Below, in pieces: positions 30,052-40,701 of a stretch of 64,000 nt of DNA. The stretch spans positions 74,418-138,417 of the forward strand of contig CAZUFC010000005.1 of NCBI GenBank assembly GCA_964619725.1, given 5' to 3'. This DNA is from an uncultured bacterium (GTDB taxonomy: Bacteria > CSSED10-310 > CAZUFC01). Both the position numbers and the translations under genes were made by a program. The number at the start of each line of letters is the position of its first letter. Position 1 is the first letter of the stretch. A model generated the notes under the pieces. It was given only the letters and a program-made list of their open reading frames with translations. It ran no database searches and was not told the DNA's origin.

Positions 30052-31398
30052 ATGGAAACTTCAGAACTTGCACTGGCTGCGGTCAAGGAAGCTCGCAATA
30101 AAGGCGTTAAAAATATGGACGCTTTTATCAAGCGCGATAATAAATTCAATCTTTCAATGAAAGAAGGAAAAGTAATCAACGTCACTCAATCCGTATTCCA
30201 GGGCATCGGAATCAGAGTAGTCATAGATAAAAAACTGGGCTTCGTTCACTCCACAGACCTCAGAAAATCACGCATTAATGAACTGATCGATAAAGCCGTC
30301 GAACTCACTTCATTCTCTGAACCCGACCCATACTTGCATTTTCCCCCCATAAAACAAAAATACGATGATTACTCCATACTGGACCCTGACTTCTCAAAAA
30401 TCACCCTTGATCAGAAAAAAGAACTGCTGGTTAAACTGGAAAAATCAGGGCTTAAATTTTCCGATAAGATAAAAAGCGCTGCAGAAATTCACTACTGGGA
30501 CGTTTTGACGGAGACTACCATAGCCAATACTTCCAATCGTTCGACCACTTATGTCGGCAGCGTTTACGGTTTCGGAGGCGAATTCGTCGCTGAAGAAGAC
30601 GGCAACCGTAAAACGGGTGAATTCTACTTGCAAAAAAGATTTTTCAAAGACCTGCCGAAACCCGAATGGATCGGCCGAAAAGCCTCGCTTTACGGATTAT
30701 GGCTGCTGTCGGGAGAACCGGTGGAGTCGCAAACGGTTCCCGTGGTGTTCGATCCCAACGGCGCAGGACCGGCCCTCATTAGATGGGGCATCGGAAACGC
30801 TCTTAAAGGAGAAAACGTAAGATTGAATCGATCCTTCCTGGAGAATAAGCTCAATGAAAAAGTCGCCTCTCCGTTGTTTACCCTGTTGGATGACGGAACG
30901 ATGGACAAAGGCGTAGGAACGGCTCCTTTCGATGATGAAGGAACTCCAACCCGGAAAACCGTCATGATCGACAAAGGCATTTTAAAATCATACCTGTTCG
31001 ACGCTGTTTCTGCCGCCAAAGCAGGAGCCGAATCCACAGGCAACGCTCATAGGGACGAACATAATGCCTTTCCCGAAATCGGGTACAATAACCTGTACAT
31101 GGCAAACGGCGATACTACTGTTGCTGATATCATCGGTTCCATCGAAAAAGGATTCTACGTCATCAGCACCATGGGGTTCGGCATGGACTCCGTTACCGGC
31201 AACTTCTCCGTAGCTGCACAGGGCCGGTGGATAAAAAACGGTCAATTCGATCATGCTGTCTCAGGCATATCACTTACGGGAAAACTCTACGACATGCTCA
31301 ATGACGTCGATGCCGTCGGTGACGATCTCGATTTTACCGATGACGTCTGCAACTGCCCCACTTTTCGTATTAAAAAAATGCAGATAAGCGGCATCTGA
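30052..31398 (+). CDS. pmbA: PmbA/TldE family protein
   Basis: PFDDEGTP, STGNAHR, TGNFSVAAQG; no HExxxH; follows tldD. Confidence 0.9.
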   Translation: METSELALAAVKEARNKGVKNMDAFIKRDNKFNLSMKEGKVINVTQSVFQGIGIRVVIDKKLGFVHSTDLRKSRINELIDKAVELTSFSEPDPYLHFPPIKQKYDDYSILDPDFSKITLDQKKELLVKLEKSGLKFSDKIKSAAEIHYWDVLTETTIANTSNRSTTYVGSVYGFGGEFVAEEDGNRKTGEFYLQKRFFKDLPKPEWIGRKASLYGLWLLSGEPVESQTVPVVFDPNGAGPALIRWGIGNALKGENVRLNRSFLENKLNEKVASPLFTLLDDGTMDKGVGTAPFDDEGTPTRKTVMIDKGILKSYLFDAVSAAKAGAESTGNAHRDEHNAFPEIGYNNLYMANGDTTVADIIGSIEKGFYVISTMGFGMDSVTGNFSVAAQGRWIKNGQFDHAVSGISLTGKLYDMLNDVDAVGDDLDFTDDVCNCPTFRIKKMQISGI

Positions 31399-31470
31399 TT
31401 CTATCACATCCCTTAAGTTTCTGAATTATATGCGGCGCTGTTAAAATCCCTCAAACCGGCATCCGTAGAT

Positions 31471-31491
31471 GGGGTCAGAGCTCTTCCGCAA
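31471..31491 (+). repeat. REP-like repeat (variant)
   Basis: GGGGTCAGAGCTCTTCCGCAA. Confidence 0.65.
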
Positions 31492-31737
31492 TATTTGTTT
31501 TTCAATAAGCCGCATAAATCGGCCATCGGATTTGTCTGAAGTTCGGGAGTGCAGCAACGGTTGACTGTTTGAAAATTTAAGATATTATCTCTTGATGGAG
31601 ATGCCAGAAGTCCGGACTAATGAGAATTCGTTGAGACATGCTATGACAGGACCTTAAATCCGGCTGATGACTGATTGTCTTTGGAGGGGCTCTCTGGTTC
31701 ATTAAAAACGACTATGGATTGCGAAAGGAAGCCAAGT

Positions 31738-32673
31738 ATGATTAAGTCCTTAAAAAGAAAAGATTTAGTTACGATTCTTGAATTGTCGCTTGAAGAATTG
31801 AATCATATTCTGGAAACGGCAGCCATGCTGAAAATGCAGAGCAAAATCAACCAGCCGCACCCGTTGCTCACAGGCAAGACTCTTGCCATGATATTTCAAA
31901 AACCTTCTCTCAGGACCCGGGTTTCCTTTGAAGTGGGCATGAATCAAATGGGCGGCAATGCGATTTTTCTCGCCTCGGCGGACATCGATATGGGGAAACG
32001 GGAAACGATCGAGGACACGGCGAAGGTTCTTTCCCGGTACGTGGACGGTATAATGGCCCGGGTATACGGACACGAGATCATTGAGGAGCTGGCTCGTCAC
32101 GCTGATGTTCCGGTAATAAACGGTCTTTCCGATTTCTCTCATCCCTGCCAGATACTCGGCGATTTGCTGACCATGATGGAAAAGAAGGAATTCTTAAAGG
32201 GACTGAAGGTTGCGTTTGTCGGCGCCGGCAATAATGTGGCTCATTCACTGATGTTTGCGGCGGCAAAAGTGGGATTCAATCTGAATATAGTATGCCCGGA
32301 AGGTTACGATCCGAAAGATCATGCGATTGAGGCAGCGGCGAAAGAGAGCCGGGCAAGCGGAGCGGAGATTCATGTAGTGCATGTCCCTCAGCAGGGTGTT
32401 GAGAATTGCGACGTGATATATACGGATGTCTGGGCTTCAATGGGGGAGGAAAGCGAGCGTGAGGAAAGGGCAAGGATATTCAAAGAGTTTCAAGTTAACA
32501 GGGAGCTGATGGAATATGCGAAGAGCGATGCCGTAGTCATGCATTGTCTGCCGGCGCACTACGGCGAAGAGATTACTCAGGATATAGGTCATGATCCCAG
32601 GGCGGTTTTTGTGGATCAGGCTGAAAACAGACTACATGCTCAAAAAGCGGTTATGGCGCTGCTAATGAGTTGA
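31738..32673 (+). CDS. argF: ornithine carbamoyltransferase
   Basis: FQKPSLRTR, HPCQ, DVWASMG, HCLPA, QAENRLH. Confidence 0.95.
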   Translation: MIKSLKRKDLVTILELSLEELNHILETAAMLKMQSKINQPHPLLTGKTLAMIFQKPSLRTRVSFEVGMNQMGGNAIFLASADIDMGKRETIEDTAKVLSRYVDGIMARVYGHEIIEELARHADVPVINGLSDFSHPCQILGDLLTMMEKKEFLKGLKVAFVGAGNNVAHSLMFAAAKVGFNLNIVCPEGYDPKDHAIEAAAKESRASGAEIHVVHVPQQGVENCDVIYTDVWASMGEESEREERARIFKEFQVNRELMEYAKSDAVVMHCLPAHYGEEITQDIGHDPRAVFVDQAENRLHAQKAVMALLMS

Positions 32674-32763
32674 AGTTATTCGTTGCATGAGCGATTAGGC
32701 GAAAATGCAGTGGAGAAGGCCGCACCGGGAACTCTAAACATTTATCAGATAAAGGAGAATAAA

Positions 32764-34290
32764 ATGAAGTATACTCGAATACTTTTGTTTTTTGTTTTAG
32801 TTGTCCTCGGCGCGACGGCGCAGGCTTCTGATTGGGAAATTGAAACGGTCGACTTGACGGGATTGATCCCCTGGAATTACAGCGACATGGTTTTTACTTC
32901 CGACGGGTATCCGCATATCGTTTTTCAGGCCCTGACGCAGTTGATATCCTTTCCTTATTATATGGAAAAAACATGTGACGGGTGGGAAGTTCCGCCGCAA
33001 AGACTGGATGATGGTCCTGAAACAGGGGCCTGGACGACCATGACCGTCGAAGATGATGGCGATATTCATGTCGCCTGGCAGAATATTCAATTAAGGGAAT
33101 TACGTTATGCTTCCGAGGATTCGGGGTGGGACATTCATCCGTTTGAGGATTTCAATGACGAAGGAAATTTCAATCATATTTTTATGCGACAGAACGATCA
33201 GCCCGAAATTATTTATGCGGACACCTCCAATTATCAGATTGAAATAGTAAGACAGAATATTACCGGCGTATGGGGAGAAGAAGAAGTCATCAGGAACACG
33301 CCGGTCCTTGCCATTGTAAAAGACTTTTCCGTCCTTAAATACGGCGAGCAAAATTATGGATTCGCTTATGCGACTTACCAGAGTCCGGACCTGAACGTTT
33401 ATTACGCCCTGAACGATGATGAAGAAGAGCTCGTTTACAGTCGCTCCGAAAACGGTTCGCTTTTTATAAAACTCCTGGGCGATGCGCAAAATCCCATAAT
33501 ACTTTACCTTCTGGATGGAGCTCTTTTCTTCGCTTACAGAACTGCAAGTTGGACGGTTGAACCGATAATGGACGACTTACAGAATAAAGCCTTCGATGCC
33601 GCTCTCGATCCCAACGGAAATATCTGGTTTGCGGCGATCGACTTATCTGGCGCTCTCATAGTCGGCCGCGGCGATCAGAACGGATGGAGCTCAGAAACAG
33701 TGGACGCTGGAAGCCAGTATAAACTTCCTGCCATGCAGATACTCGGCGACCTAACCATAGCCGTTTCCTACTTCAATCCTTCAGGTCCCTCAATGAAATA
33801 CGCCACATCTCAGGTAAGCGTTCCGACACCTACCGTCACAGCTTCTCCCGTCATCACTCCAACTCCCTCCACACCGACCGTCTCCCCGGAAATTTCCCCC
33901 TCGCCCACGCCCGATCAGAACCTTCCTCAAGTCACGTTGGAATTAAACCAGTCCGTTTTCTATCCAGGCGATATGTTTAATCTGCAGGCCAGAATCGTTA
34001 ATTCCACCAGCATAGTCTATTATGTCGACCTCTTTGCCATGCTGGAAGTCTACGGCCTCTACTTCTTCTGGCCCGAATGGAACCAGGCGAATATTGGATG
34101 TCAGTCTCACATTCACCTTTCCCCACAGCAGTTTAAAAAGTTTCAGATACTCAAATTTACCTGGCCCGATGATTCCGGCTCAGGCGCAGCGACTTTCTAC
34201 GCCGCCGTTATGGGCAGCGAATCGCCGGAAGATTGTGAAACCGAAGCATTTTACGATATGGATTCTGTAACCTTCTCCTGGGATGACTAA
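32764..34290 (+). CDS. secreted beta-propeller-like protein with Pro/Thr linker and shared C-terminal domain
   Basis: Signal peptide MKYTRILL..; repeats WEIETVD, DGYPHIVF, WTVEPI, WSSETVD; PT linker; shared CTD at 33922-34290. Confidence 0.8.
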   Translation: MKYTRILLFFVLVVLGATAQASDWEIETVDLTGLIPWNYSDMVFTSDGYPHIVFQALTQLISFPYYMEKTCDGWEVPPQRLDDGPETGAWTTMTVEDDGDIHVAWQNIQLRELRYASEDSGWDIHPFEDFNDEGNFNHIFMRQNDQPEIIYADTSNYQIEIVRQNITGVWGEEEVIRNTPVLAIVKDFSVLKYGEQNYGFAYATYQSPDLNVYYALNDDEEELVYSRSENGSLFIKLLGDAQNPIILYLLDGALFFAYRTASWTVEPIMDDLQNKAFDAALDPNGNIWFAAIDLSGALIVGRGDQNGWSSETVDAGSQYKLPAMQILGDLTIAVSYFNPSGPSMKYATSQVSVPTPTVTASPVITPTPSTPTVSPEISPSPTPDQNLPQVTLELNQSVFYPGDMFNLQARIVNSTSIVYYVDLFAMLEVYGLYFFWPEWNQANIGCQSHIHLSPQQFKKFQILKFTWPDDSGSGAATFYAAVMGSESPEDCETEAFYDMDSVTFSWDD

Positions 34291-34759
34291 TCCCGAAACA
34301 TTATTTCCCGGATTCAGCGTTCTTCAAAAATTCAACAAAATGAACAGAAGAACAGGTGTCCGGCATCCTGCCGTTTCCTCCGAACCGTTAGCCCGGATTT
34401 CTCATACAAAATCGCAGTGAGAGCGTTCAGATTCCCGCAGGTAAACGGATAATTCGCCGTTTATGGACAGGCGCTCGCTAGTTTATGGATCAGAGAATAG
34501 CAACGCCCGTCCGTTCTTGAATATTGAGTCAAAAATGACTTTTCGGAAGGACGCTCTTCATTTTTTCTCGGATCGTATAGATACAGGAATGACTGCAGTG
34601 CTGTCCCGCTTTGATTTTTCGAATTTTTTGTATTATAATTTAATAGATTAGAATACTGCGAATTAAAGCGTTGCAGCGACTCGACAGCTAATGTTGGAAT
34701 TTTGAGCAGAACGCCGCAGTTTAAATTTGTCCGAATTTTATTTATAGGAGGCTCTGGAC

Positions 34760-36616
34760 ATGAAGAGACGCGTTTCGGCAATGATTTTTCTGAGCGTATT
34801 ATGGGGAATGACTGAGGCAAGGGCTTCGGTGCCCCATCAAATTAACTATCAGGGGCATGTGACCGACGATCAAGGGACGCCCTTGACGGGGAGTTATCAG
34901 TTTATTTTCAGGATTTTCGATTTGGAGACAGGAGGATTGCCTTTGTGGATGGAGTCTCATGAAAATGTAGCGGTCAGATCAGGATTATTCAATGTGATTT
35001 TAGGGGCCATTTTTCCCTTGAATCTGGATTTTGACGAGACTTATTGGCTGGAGATCAAATTTGAGGGCGAGGTGATGTCGCCGAGGCTCAAGATGACGAG
35101 TACTGGACAGGCATACCATTCAGAGATATCAGAAGACGTATATGATTATGACGTGCATCCCCGGAGCGTTGCTGTAACGGGGTATGGAGAGGTGATAAAT
35201 GAAAGCGGTGAATGGGTCGGGAGTCCGACAGGTTTGACCGGACCGACAGGACCGTCGGGTCCGACAGGACCAATGGGGCCGGATGGACAGATCGGAGCTA
35301 CAGGACCGAGAGGTCCGAGCGGTCCCGGGGGGCCATCAGGTCCTATGGGTCCGCATGGCCAAACCGGGGCTACCGGACCGGCAGGCGCTTCGGGACCGTC
35401 AGGACCGTCGGGTCCGATGGGGCCGTTCGGGCAAACCGGCGCAACCGGTCCTACCGGCCCCGTGGGGCCTAGCGGTCCGAGCGGACCGATGGGACCATTC
35501 GGTCAGCCTGGCGCTGCCGGACCTTCAGGTCCTTCGGGACCGACAGGACCCGGAGGACCCTCCGGACCACAGGGTTCGTTTTCATGCGGAGTTGAAGAAA
35601 ACTGCGCATCATCTTATCCGGGAGCCTGGGTGACAAATTCGTCCGGGCATGGCGCCTGGTTTGAATATACGGCCGGCGGCGACGGCGTTGGGATGATCGG
35701 CAAGAGTTCCTACAGGGGCATTGAAGGACAAAACAACAATGGTAATTTCGGATATATCGGCAGCGGAAGTAATGGAGTGTTCGGTTATGCCGCCGGAATG
35801 GGAAACCAGGCTGTCTACGGCGAAAATTCTGTCGGGACCTACGGGCTGCTGGGCGGCGGTATGCGCGGAGTCGAAGGCGGCAGGTCTTCAGGTTATCCCT
35901 GGGGTTATATCGGCAGCAGCGCCAGAGGCGCTGAATTCGTCGACGGTCCTCAAAAAGGCGTTATTATGGCCTACAGCGCCAGGGCCCTGCAGGCCTCGCA
36001 GGGTTCCGACAACTGGGCTGCTCTAGCCGATGCCGGCGGAAATGCTCTTTATGCTGAAACTGCCGATCCCGAAGGTTATGCCGCTAATATTAGAAATGAG
36101 GGTGGGGCAGGCTCTCCCGCATTATACCTCAACGGCTACGGTTACGGTCATTCTTGGCTCTCCTACGGCAAACATTTCGCCGTTGTTGTAAATACTGATC
36201 AAGGCCGCAATTTGCTCTTTTCCATTACAAGTCCCCACAACGAAATACAAACTTCCGGGCAGGGCAGAATGCAAAACGGCAAAGCGATTATCAAATTCGA
36301 CCCTGAATTTTCAGAATTATTGTCCGATAATCACAACATGAGAGTCATCGTCACTCCCCAGGAACAATGCAACGGACTCTTTGTCGCTCATAAGTCCAGC
36401 AAGGGCTTTATCGTTGAAGAATTATTGAATGGAAAATCCGATGCAGCCTTCGACTGGATCGCCATCGCCAGAAGAAAAGGTTATGAAGACCATAAAATAG
36501 AACAATACTTCCCTCTGCAAAACAAACCCGGAGCTCTCTCTCCATCGCAAAACACCGATCCGGGATATTGCCGCACCGATTCCGTGAGTTCAAAGGTCGC
36601 CTTCACCCGGAAATAA
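34760..36616 (+). CDS. secreted collagen-like fibre protein
   Basis: Signal peptide; [10 protein letters not shown]-domain; ~38 uninterrupted G-X-Y triplets; Gly-rich GVxG repeats; C-terminal [13 protein letters not shown] domain. Confidence 0.85.
   Translation: MKRRVSAMIFLSVLWGMTEARASVPHQINYQGHVTDDQGTPLTGSYQFIFRIFDLETGGLPLWMESHENVAVRSGLFNVILGAIFPLNLDFDETYWLEIKFEGEVMSPRLKMTSTGQAYHSEISEDVYDYDVHPRSVAVTGYGEVINESGEWVGSPTGLTGPTGPSGPTGPMGPDGQIGATGPRGPSGPGGPSGPMGPHGQTGATGPAGASGPSGPSGPMGPFGQTGATGPTGPVGPSGPSGPMGPFGQPGAAGPSGPSGPTGPGGPSGPQGSFSCGVEENCASSYPGAWVTNSSGHGAWFEYTAGGDGVGMIGKSSYRGIEGQNNNGNFGYIGSGSNGVFGYAAGMGNQAVYGENSVGTYGLLGGGMRGVEGGRSSGYPWGYIGSSARGAEFVDGPQKGVIMAYSARALQASQGSDNWAALADAGGNALYAETADPEGYAANIRNEGGAGSPALYLNGYGYGHSWLSYGKHFAVVVNTDQGRNLLFSITSPHNEIQTSGQGRMQNGKAIIKFDPEFSELLSDNHNMRVIVTPQEQCNGLFVAHKSSKGFIVEELLNGKSDAAFDWIAIARRKGYEDHKIEQYFPLQNKPGALSPSQNTDPGYCRTDSVSSKVAFTRK
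35231..35573 (+). repeat. collagen G-X-Y coding repeat with 8-triplet (72-bp) higher-order period
   Basis: GPM-GPx-GQx-GAx recurs every 8 triplets, four times. Confidence 0.85.
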
Positions 36617-36628
36617 CATCTAAAAAAA

Positions 36629-36670
36629 GAACCCGGACAGACAATGGGAAGTTTTCGTCTGACCGGGTTC
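36629..36670 (+). terminator. stem-loop downstream of the collagen-like gene
   Basis: GAACCCGG-A-CAGAC ... GTCTG-A-CCGGGTTC. Confidence 0.45.
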
Positions 36671-37278
36671 GAGAAGGGGAGTTTTTTGAATCACTCCTGC
36701 CGGCAGGTTGGGTAACTGAAGATCGATCGGAGTTCCTGCTCACTCTCGATACCATTCTTGACATTACCGCCATTATGAAAGCAAATTCCAGGCCAAAATT
36801 TTAGAAAAACAGTTCATCGTATTTTATTGTATATATTGTTTTTTTTGATTATGTCCCAGATGACATGCTGTAACGGATTGAGTTACTTGCTGCCGCTGTT
36901 CGCTGGGCTTTATGAACCGGATGACAGGGAAAGGGCCGGCATTTTATCCTTTCAGGTTTTGAAAATAAAAACGTCTGGTCTAAAATGACGCCCTAAAAAA
37001 ATGTAATATGTTTCATTACACTCAGAAAGCCTATTCTTGATGGAAAAATCCTCCTCTGCAAAGTCGCTGTCGGTTGGTCGCCTTGAAAACGACTGTTTTC
37101 TTCATTAGAATTATTCGTGTGTTAGAAAGGCGGCAGAAAGTCTGGGAATTCCAGGCTTTTACCGGCTTCCAGTTTATATCAAAAGTGAAATAATACTGTT
37201 TAAGGTGATTGGATAAGTCGGATTCATTCCGCAGGGCCGGGTTAATGAGCGTAATGAGACTGAAATCCAGGGGGGGCA

Positions 37279-40233
37279 GTGATGAAAAACAAAAAGAAGA
37301 GTCGATTTATCATTTTTAGCGCCATTTTTTTATTTTTTTCGTTTGTCGTCCAGGCGGCGCCTGAGGGAGTCGGTCATTCAACGGAAAAGTGTTTGCAGGG
37401 AAGCGCTTCGATATCTCTGCTGCCGTTAAGGATAAGGCTCCAGAATAATTTATCGACCTGCAGAACAGACGAACCAGTCACTTTCGGGGTGCCTCTGGGT
37501 TATTTTGAGGATATCAGGGACCTTGATTCTTTGGATTTGAAATGCAACGGAGTAAGCGTCCCTGTTCAAAAAAGAGCGACGGCTCGGTGGGCGGGAAGTC
37601 CGAACGACGGCGCTCGGCCCTTGCAATGGCTGTTGCTTGATTTTCAGGCTTCGATTCCAGCGGGTGAATATAAGGATTATATCCTCTGTTCAGCTCCTTC
37701 GTCGTCATATGACAGCCCGCTTCAGATAATAGCGGATACGGCGGAGTCGTTCGCTGTGGATACGGGAGCGGCCGTATTCAGGCTTTCCAAACAGAATTTT
37801 AAGCTGTTCGATCAAGTGATTTTGGCAGAGGGGAAGACATACGGCCCCTGTGAAGGCATTAGATTCGGGGATTTCCAAACCGGCGCGGTTGAATTGAGGG
37901 TTGAGGAGCAGGGGAAGGAGCGGATTGGAATAAGCATAAAGGGAACACTGAGCAATGGTCTGGAGTATACGTTGAAGTTGGATTTCTACAAGGGGAAATC
38001 ATATGTTCGGGGTCGTTTTCGTCTGGAAAATTTAAATACAATTCAGACGGACGGCGGCGGACAACCTCAATGTAATGATTACGGATCATCGGGAAGCGCA
38101 AGTTTCGATGATTTGAGCCTGGTGATAGCCGGGAACGGGGCATCCCTGTGTCTGGTTCCGGCGGGTGAAAACGGTGCAGCGGGGACGACATCTTTGAATT
38201 TCGTATCGGAAGTGAGCGTGGTGCAGGAGTCGAGCGGCAGATCAGGATGGGACCATCTTTTAACGGAGCATCCCCGGATGCAGTCAGGGACTTCGAAGCG
38301 ATCGTCGACGATAAGGATAGATGGGATTGAAGGCGATGGTCCAGGGCGTTTCGGCGGATGGCTGGATGCTTACGGAGTCACTATAGCTGTTAAGGATTGT
38401 TCGGAAAACTTTCCGAAGGCGTTTCGAGCTTCAGACGACAATCTGGAACTGGGGCTGTTTCCCGGGGAATACAGCATGGATCATGAGTTTCGCGCCGGTG
38501 AATTCAAGACTCATTCATTCTTGATTTATTATCATGAGGATGATCAAGCAGACCAGTGTGAAACCGCGAATGCATTTCTCAAACCGTTGAAGCCGGAAAT
38601 TGCGGCGGATTATTTAATGGAAACGCGGTCGCTGGGATTAATGGCTCCGAGACGCCAGGAAGATTCCATGACGCAGGACTATGAGGATTATATTGATTAT
38701 ATGCTGGAGCCTTCGCCTGATTGGAGCGGCGAGGAATATCCCTGGCCGACGCTTCTTGCGAGCATAAACAATTTTAATCATTATGGCTATGTGGATTACG
38801 GCGATGTCCCTACAGATTTCGAATGTTGGTCTGAAACAGCAGCGGCTCCCTACAACCTGAAGTATGATGCTTTAAAAGGAATGTACTTCGCCTGGTTAAG
38901 AACAAATGATCCTGCTTGGGGTCGTCTGGCCGAGGCGGGGGTAGTTCACTATGCTGATTTTGATATACTGCATTCGGAGGTCAGAGGCAAACATGCGGAC
39001 CGATTGTGGTTTCAGGGCGGCGCTTACGGGCATGGGTATCATGATGAGCGAGGCAATGCGAATCCTCATAGAAATTATATGAATCCGCATCCCTCCATGT
39101 CATTCGCCGTGCCGGGCATGATACTCCATTATTTTCTGACCGGCGATTCGCTTGTCGGGGACGCTGCGCTCGAGTTAGCCGAGAATATGTACTGGCGGAT
39201 TACCCATTCGGGATACTGGGAATCCGGGCCCTGCGGATCAATATTAAGAGACTGCGATCCTGAAGCGGACGAATGTCACGGCTGGTCCGAATTCTTCTGG
39301 GGGAGACTGGGAGGCAATGCCTTTAAATCTTTTCTTTCCGCATATATGACGACCGGCGATGACGACTACATCGAAATACTGGAAAGATGCTGCGAATACA
39401 TGGTCTGCTGCGATACTCAAGTCGATTCCATCAACGATTGCGACAGGTATCATTTTAAATGCACATTCCTCAGTTACCTTTGCGAATACATACTTTACAG
39501 GAGACTCACAGGATATCCCGACGACGATAACGCCCTCTATGTCCTGGGCTCCAGTATCGATTACATGATCAACGTTCTATGGGACCACGATGCCGAACAG
39601 TTCCGGATGTGTTACGAAACAGCGGAATTATACGATTTTCACGATAACTGGCTGGTTGCCGTCGCGGACGTCTTGGCCGGAGCAGCCCTTATTTTCAATG
39701 ACGAAACCATTTTTACGGATTATGCCGTTCCCGTTTTCCTGGATGGAACCGCCAATCCCTTCTGCCCCGGATGCGATTTCTCCTATAATTCCGCCAAGGA
39801 GTTCGTCAATGGAGTCGGATTCGGACATGTTTTCCTATACGCGTATGATTATTACTCTCCGCCGGCCTTCACGGGCGTGCGTCTGGAAATGCCGTCAACC
39901 CAATTTTCACCGGGAGACCAGTGCTGGTTGAATGCCGTGCTGTCCAACGAAGGACCGGAATTGAACGACGTTCCGCTCTTCGTTATTCTCGATGTCTTCG
40001 GAGAATACTGGTTCTGGAACGACTGGAAGCAGGAACCCGATTACGGACGAGTCGATCTGCCCGCAGGCGCCTCCGTCACTATAACCATAATCGACCCGTT
40101 TCAATGGCCTGACACGGGTTCGGACGAACTTGACGGCATTGTTTTCTGGAGCGGTATGACCGATCAGGACCTGTCGGAAATACTGGGCGGCATCGAAGGT
40201 ATCGGTTCCTGGGAATTCGGATACGGACCTTGA
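37279..40233 (+). CDS. large secreted YetA/PcRGLX-like (RIFT barrel + alpha/alpha) protein with shared C-terminal domain
   Basis: Signal peptide; EPVTFGVPL, PVQ..W....WLLLDF, VDTGAAVF, ENFPKA, YGYVDYGD, H.ADFDI.H; shared CTD at 39868-40233. Confidence 0.75.
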   Translation: MMKNKKKSRFIIFSAIFLFFSFVVQAAPEGVGHSTEKCLQGSASISLLPLRIRLQNNLSTCRTDEPVTFGVPLGYFEDIRDLDSLDLKCNGVSVPVQKRATARWAGSPNDGARPLQWLLLDFQASIPAGEYKDYILCSAPSSSYDSPLQIIADTAESFAVDTGAAVFRLSKQNFKLFDQVILAEGKTYGPCEGIRFGDFQTGAVELRVEEQGKERIGISIKGTLSNGLEYTLKLDFYKGKSYVRGRFRLENLNTIQTDGGGQPQCNDYGSSGSASFDDLSLVIAGNGASLCLVPAGENGAAGTTSLNFVSEVSVVQESSGRSGWDHLLTEHPRMQSGTSKRSSTIRIDGIEGDGPGRFGGWLDAYGVTIAVKDCSENFPKAFRASDDNLELGLFPGEYSMDHEFRAGEFKTHSFLIYYHEDDQADQCETANAFLKPLKPEIAADYLMETRSLGLMAPRRQEDSMTQDYEDYIDYMLEPSPDWSGEEYPWPTLLASINNFNHYGYVDYGDVPTDFECWSETAAAPYNLKYDALKGMYFAWLRTNDPAWGRLAEAGVVHYADFDILHSEVRGKHADRLWFQGGAYGHGYHDERGNANPHRNYMNPHPSMSFAVPGMILHYFLTGDSLVGDAALELAENMYWRITHSGYWESGPCGSILRDCDPEADECHGWSEFFWGRLGGNAFKSFLSAYMTTGDDDYIEILERCCEYMVCCDTQVDSINDCDRYHFKCTFLSYLCEYILYRRLTGYPDDDNALYVLGSSIDYMINVLWDHDAEQFRMCYETAELYDFHDNWLVAVADVLAGAALIFNDETIFTDYAVPVFLDGTANPFCPGCDFSYNSAKEFVNGVGFGHVFLYAYDYYSPPAFTGVRLEMPSTQFSPGDQCWLNAVLSNEGPELNDVPLFVILDVFGEYWFWNDWKQEPDYGRVDLPAGASVTITIIDPFQWPDTGSDELDGIVFWSGMTDQDLSEILGGIEGIGSWEFGYGP

Positions 40234-40284
40234 ATTTAATTCAATTACATCATCACTTGAATAAATAATCAGGAGGATAACCTT

Positions 40285-40701
40285 ATGAGGAACGAATTGA
40301 TAGCAGCCGTCCTCGGATTGCAGGTCATCATCTTCATCGTGCTTGTGATTTTCTGGAATCAGATGAAAAATTTCCTGTCCTTAATGCCGGCCATTAAAAA
40401 CCAGAAAGACATGAATCGCTTCAAAAGCATAGTCAAAAGACAGATGTACGCAGCGCTCATCTTCCCCGCATTTTCCGTCATCATGATACTTATCTTCCTT
40501 TACGGGGTGAAATCCGGGGCGCTCGCCGCTGGAGACCTCGTCTACATAATAATTCCTTCCGTCCTACTTCTTCTTTTCTCAAAATTTATTAAACAAACTG
40601 AAATGAAACTCAGAAACATTAAAACCGATGATCCGAACCTGAAAAAAGAACGGGACCGCGTGGTCAGCGTCTGGATCGGTAAAGCCTTTCCGGATTGGTA
40701 G
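40285..40701 (+). CDS. hypothetical membrane protein (3 TM)
   Basis: AGGAGG RBS; three hydrophobic segments; ends KAFPDW. Confidence 0.75.
   Translation: MRNELIAAVLGLQVIIFIVLVIFWNQMKNFLSLMPAIKNQKDMNRFKSIVKRQMYAALIFPAFSVIMILIFLYGVKSGALAAGDLVYIIIPSVLLLLFSKFIKQTEMKLRNIKTDDPNLKKERDRVVSVWIGKAFPDW

Noticed and set aside
9528-31398. RiPP cluster formed by TldD/PmbA pairs plus the ATP-grasp
   Set aside because: The genes are 7-8 kb apart in separate transcription units, with no precursor peptide, YcaO or exporter.
34760-36616. Prophage tail fibre
   Set aside because: It has a Sec signal peptide and no phage genes are nearby.
36670-37278. Riboswitch or ncRNA in this long intergenic region (also 34300-34750)
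   Set aside because: I recognised no riboswitch consensus; an Infernal/Rfam scan would be needed.
15381-40233. Calling the shared C-terminal domain a T9SS CTD or an autotransporter barrel
   Set aside because: It lacks T9SS CTD motifs and is far too short for a barrel; the similarity is only by analogy.
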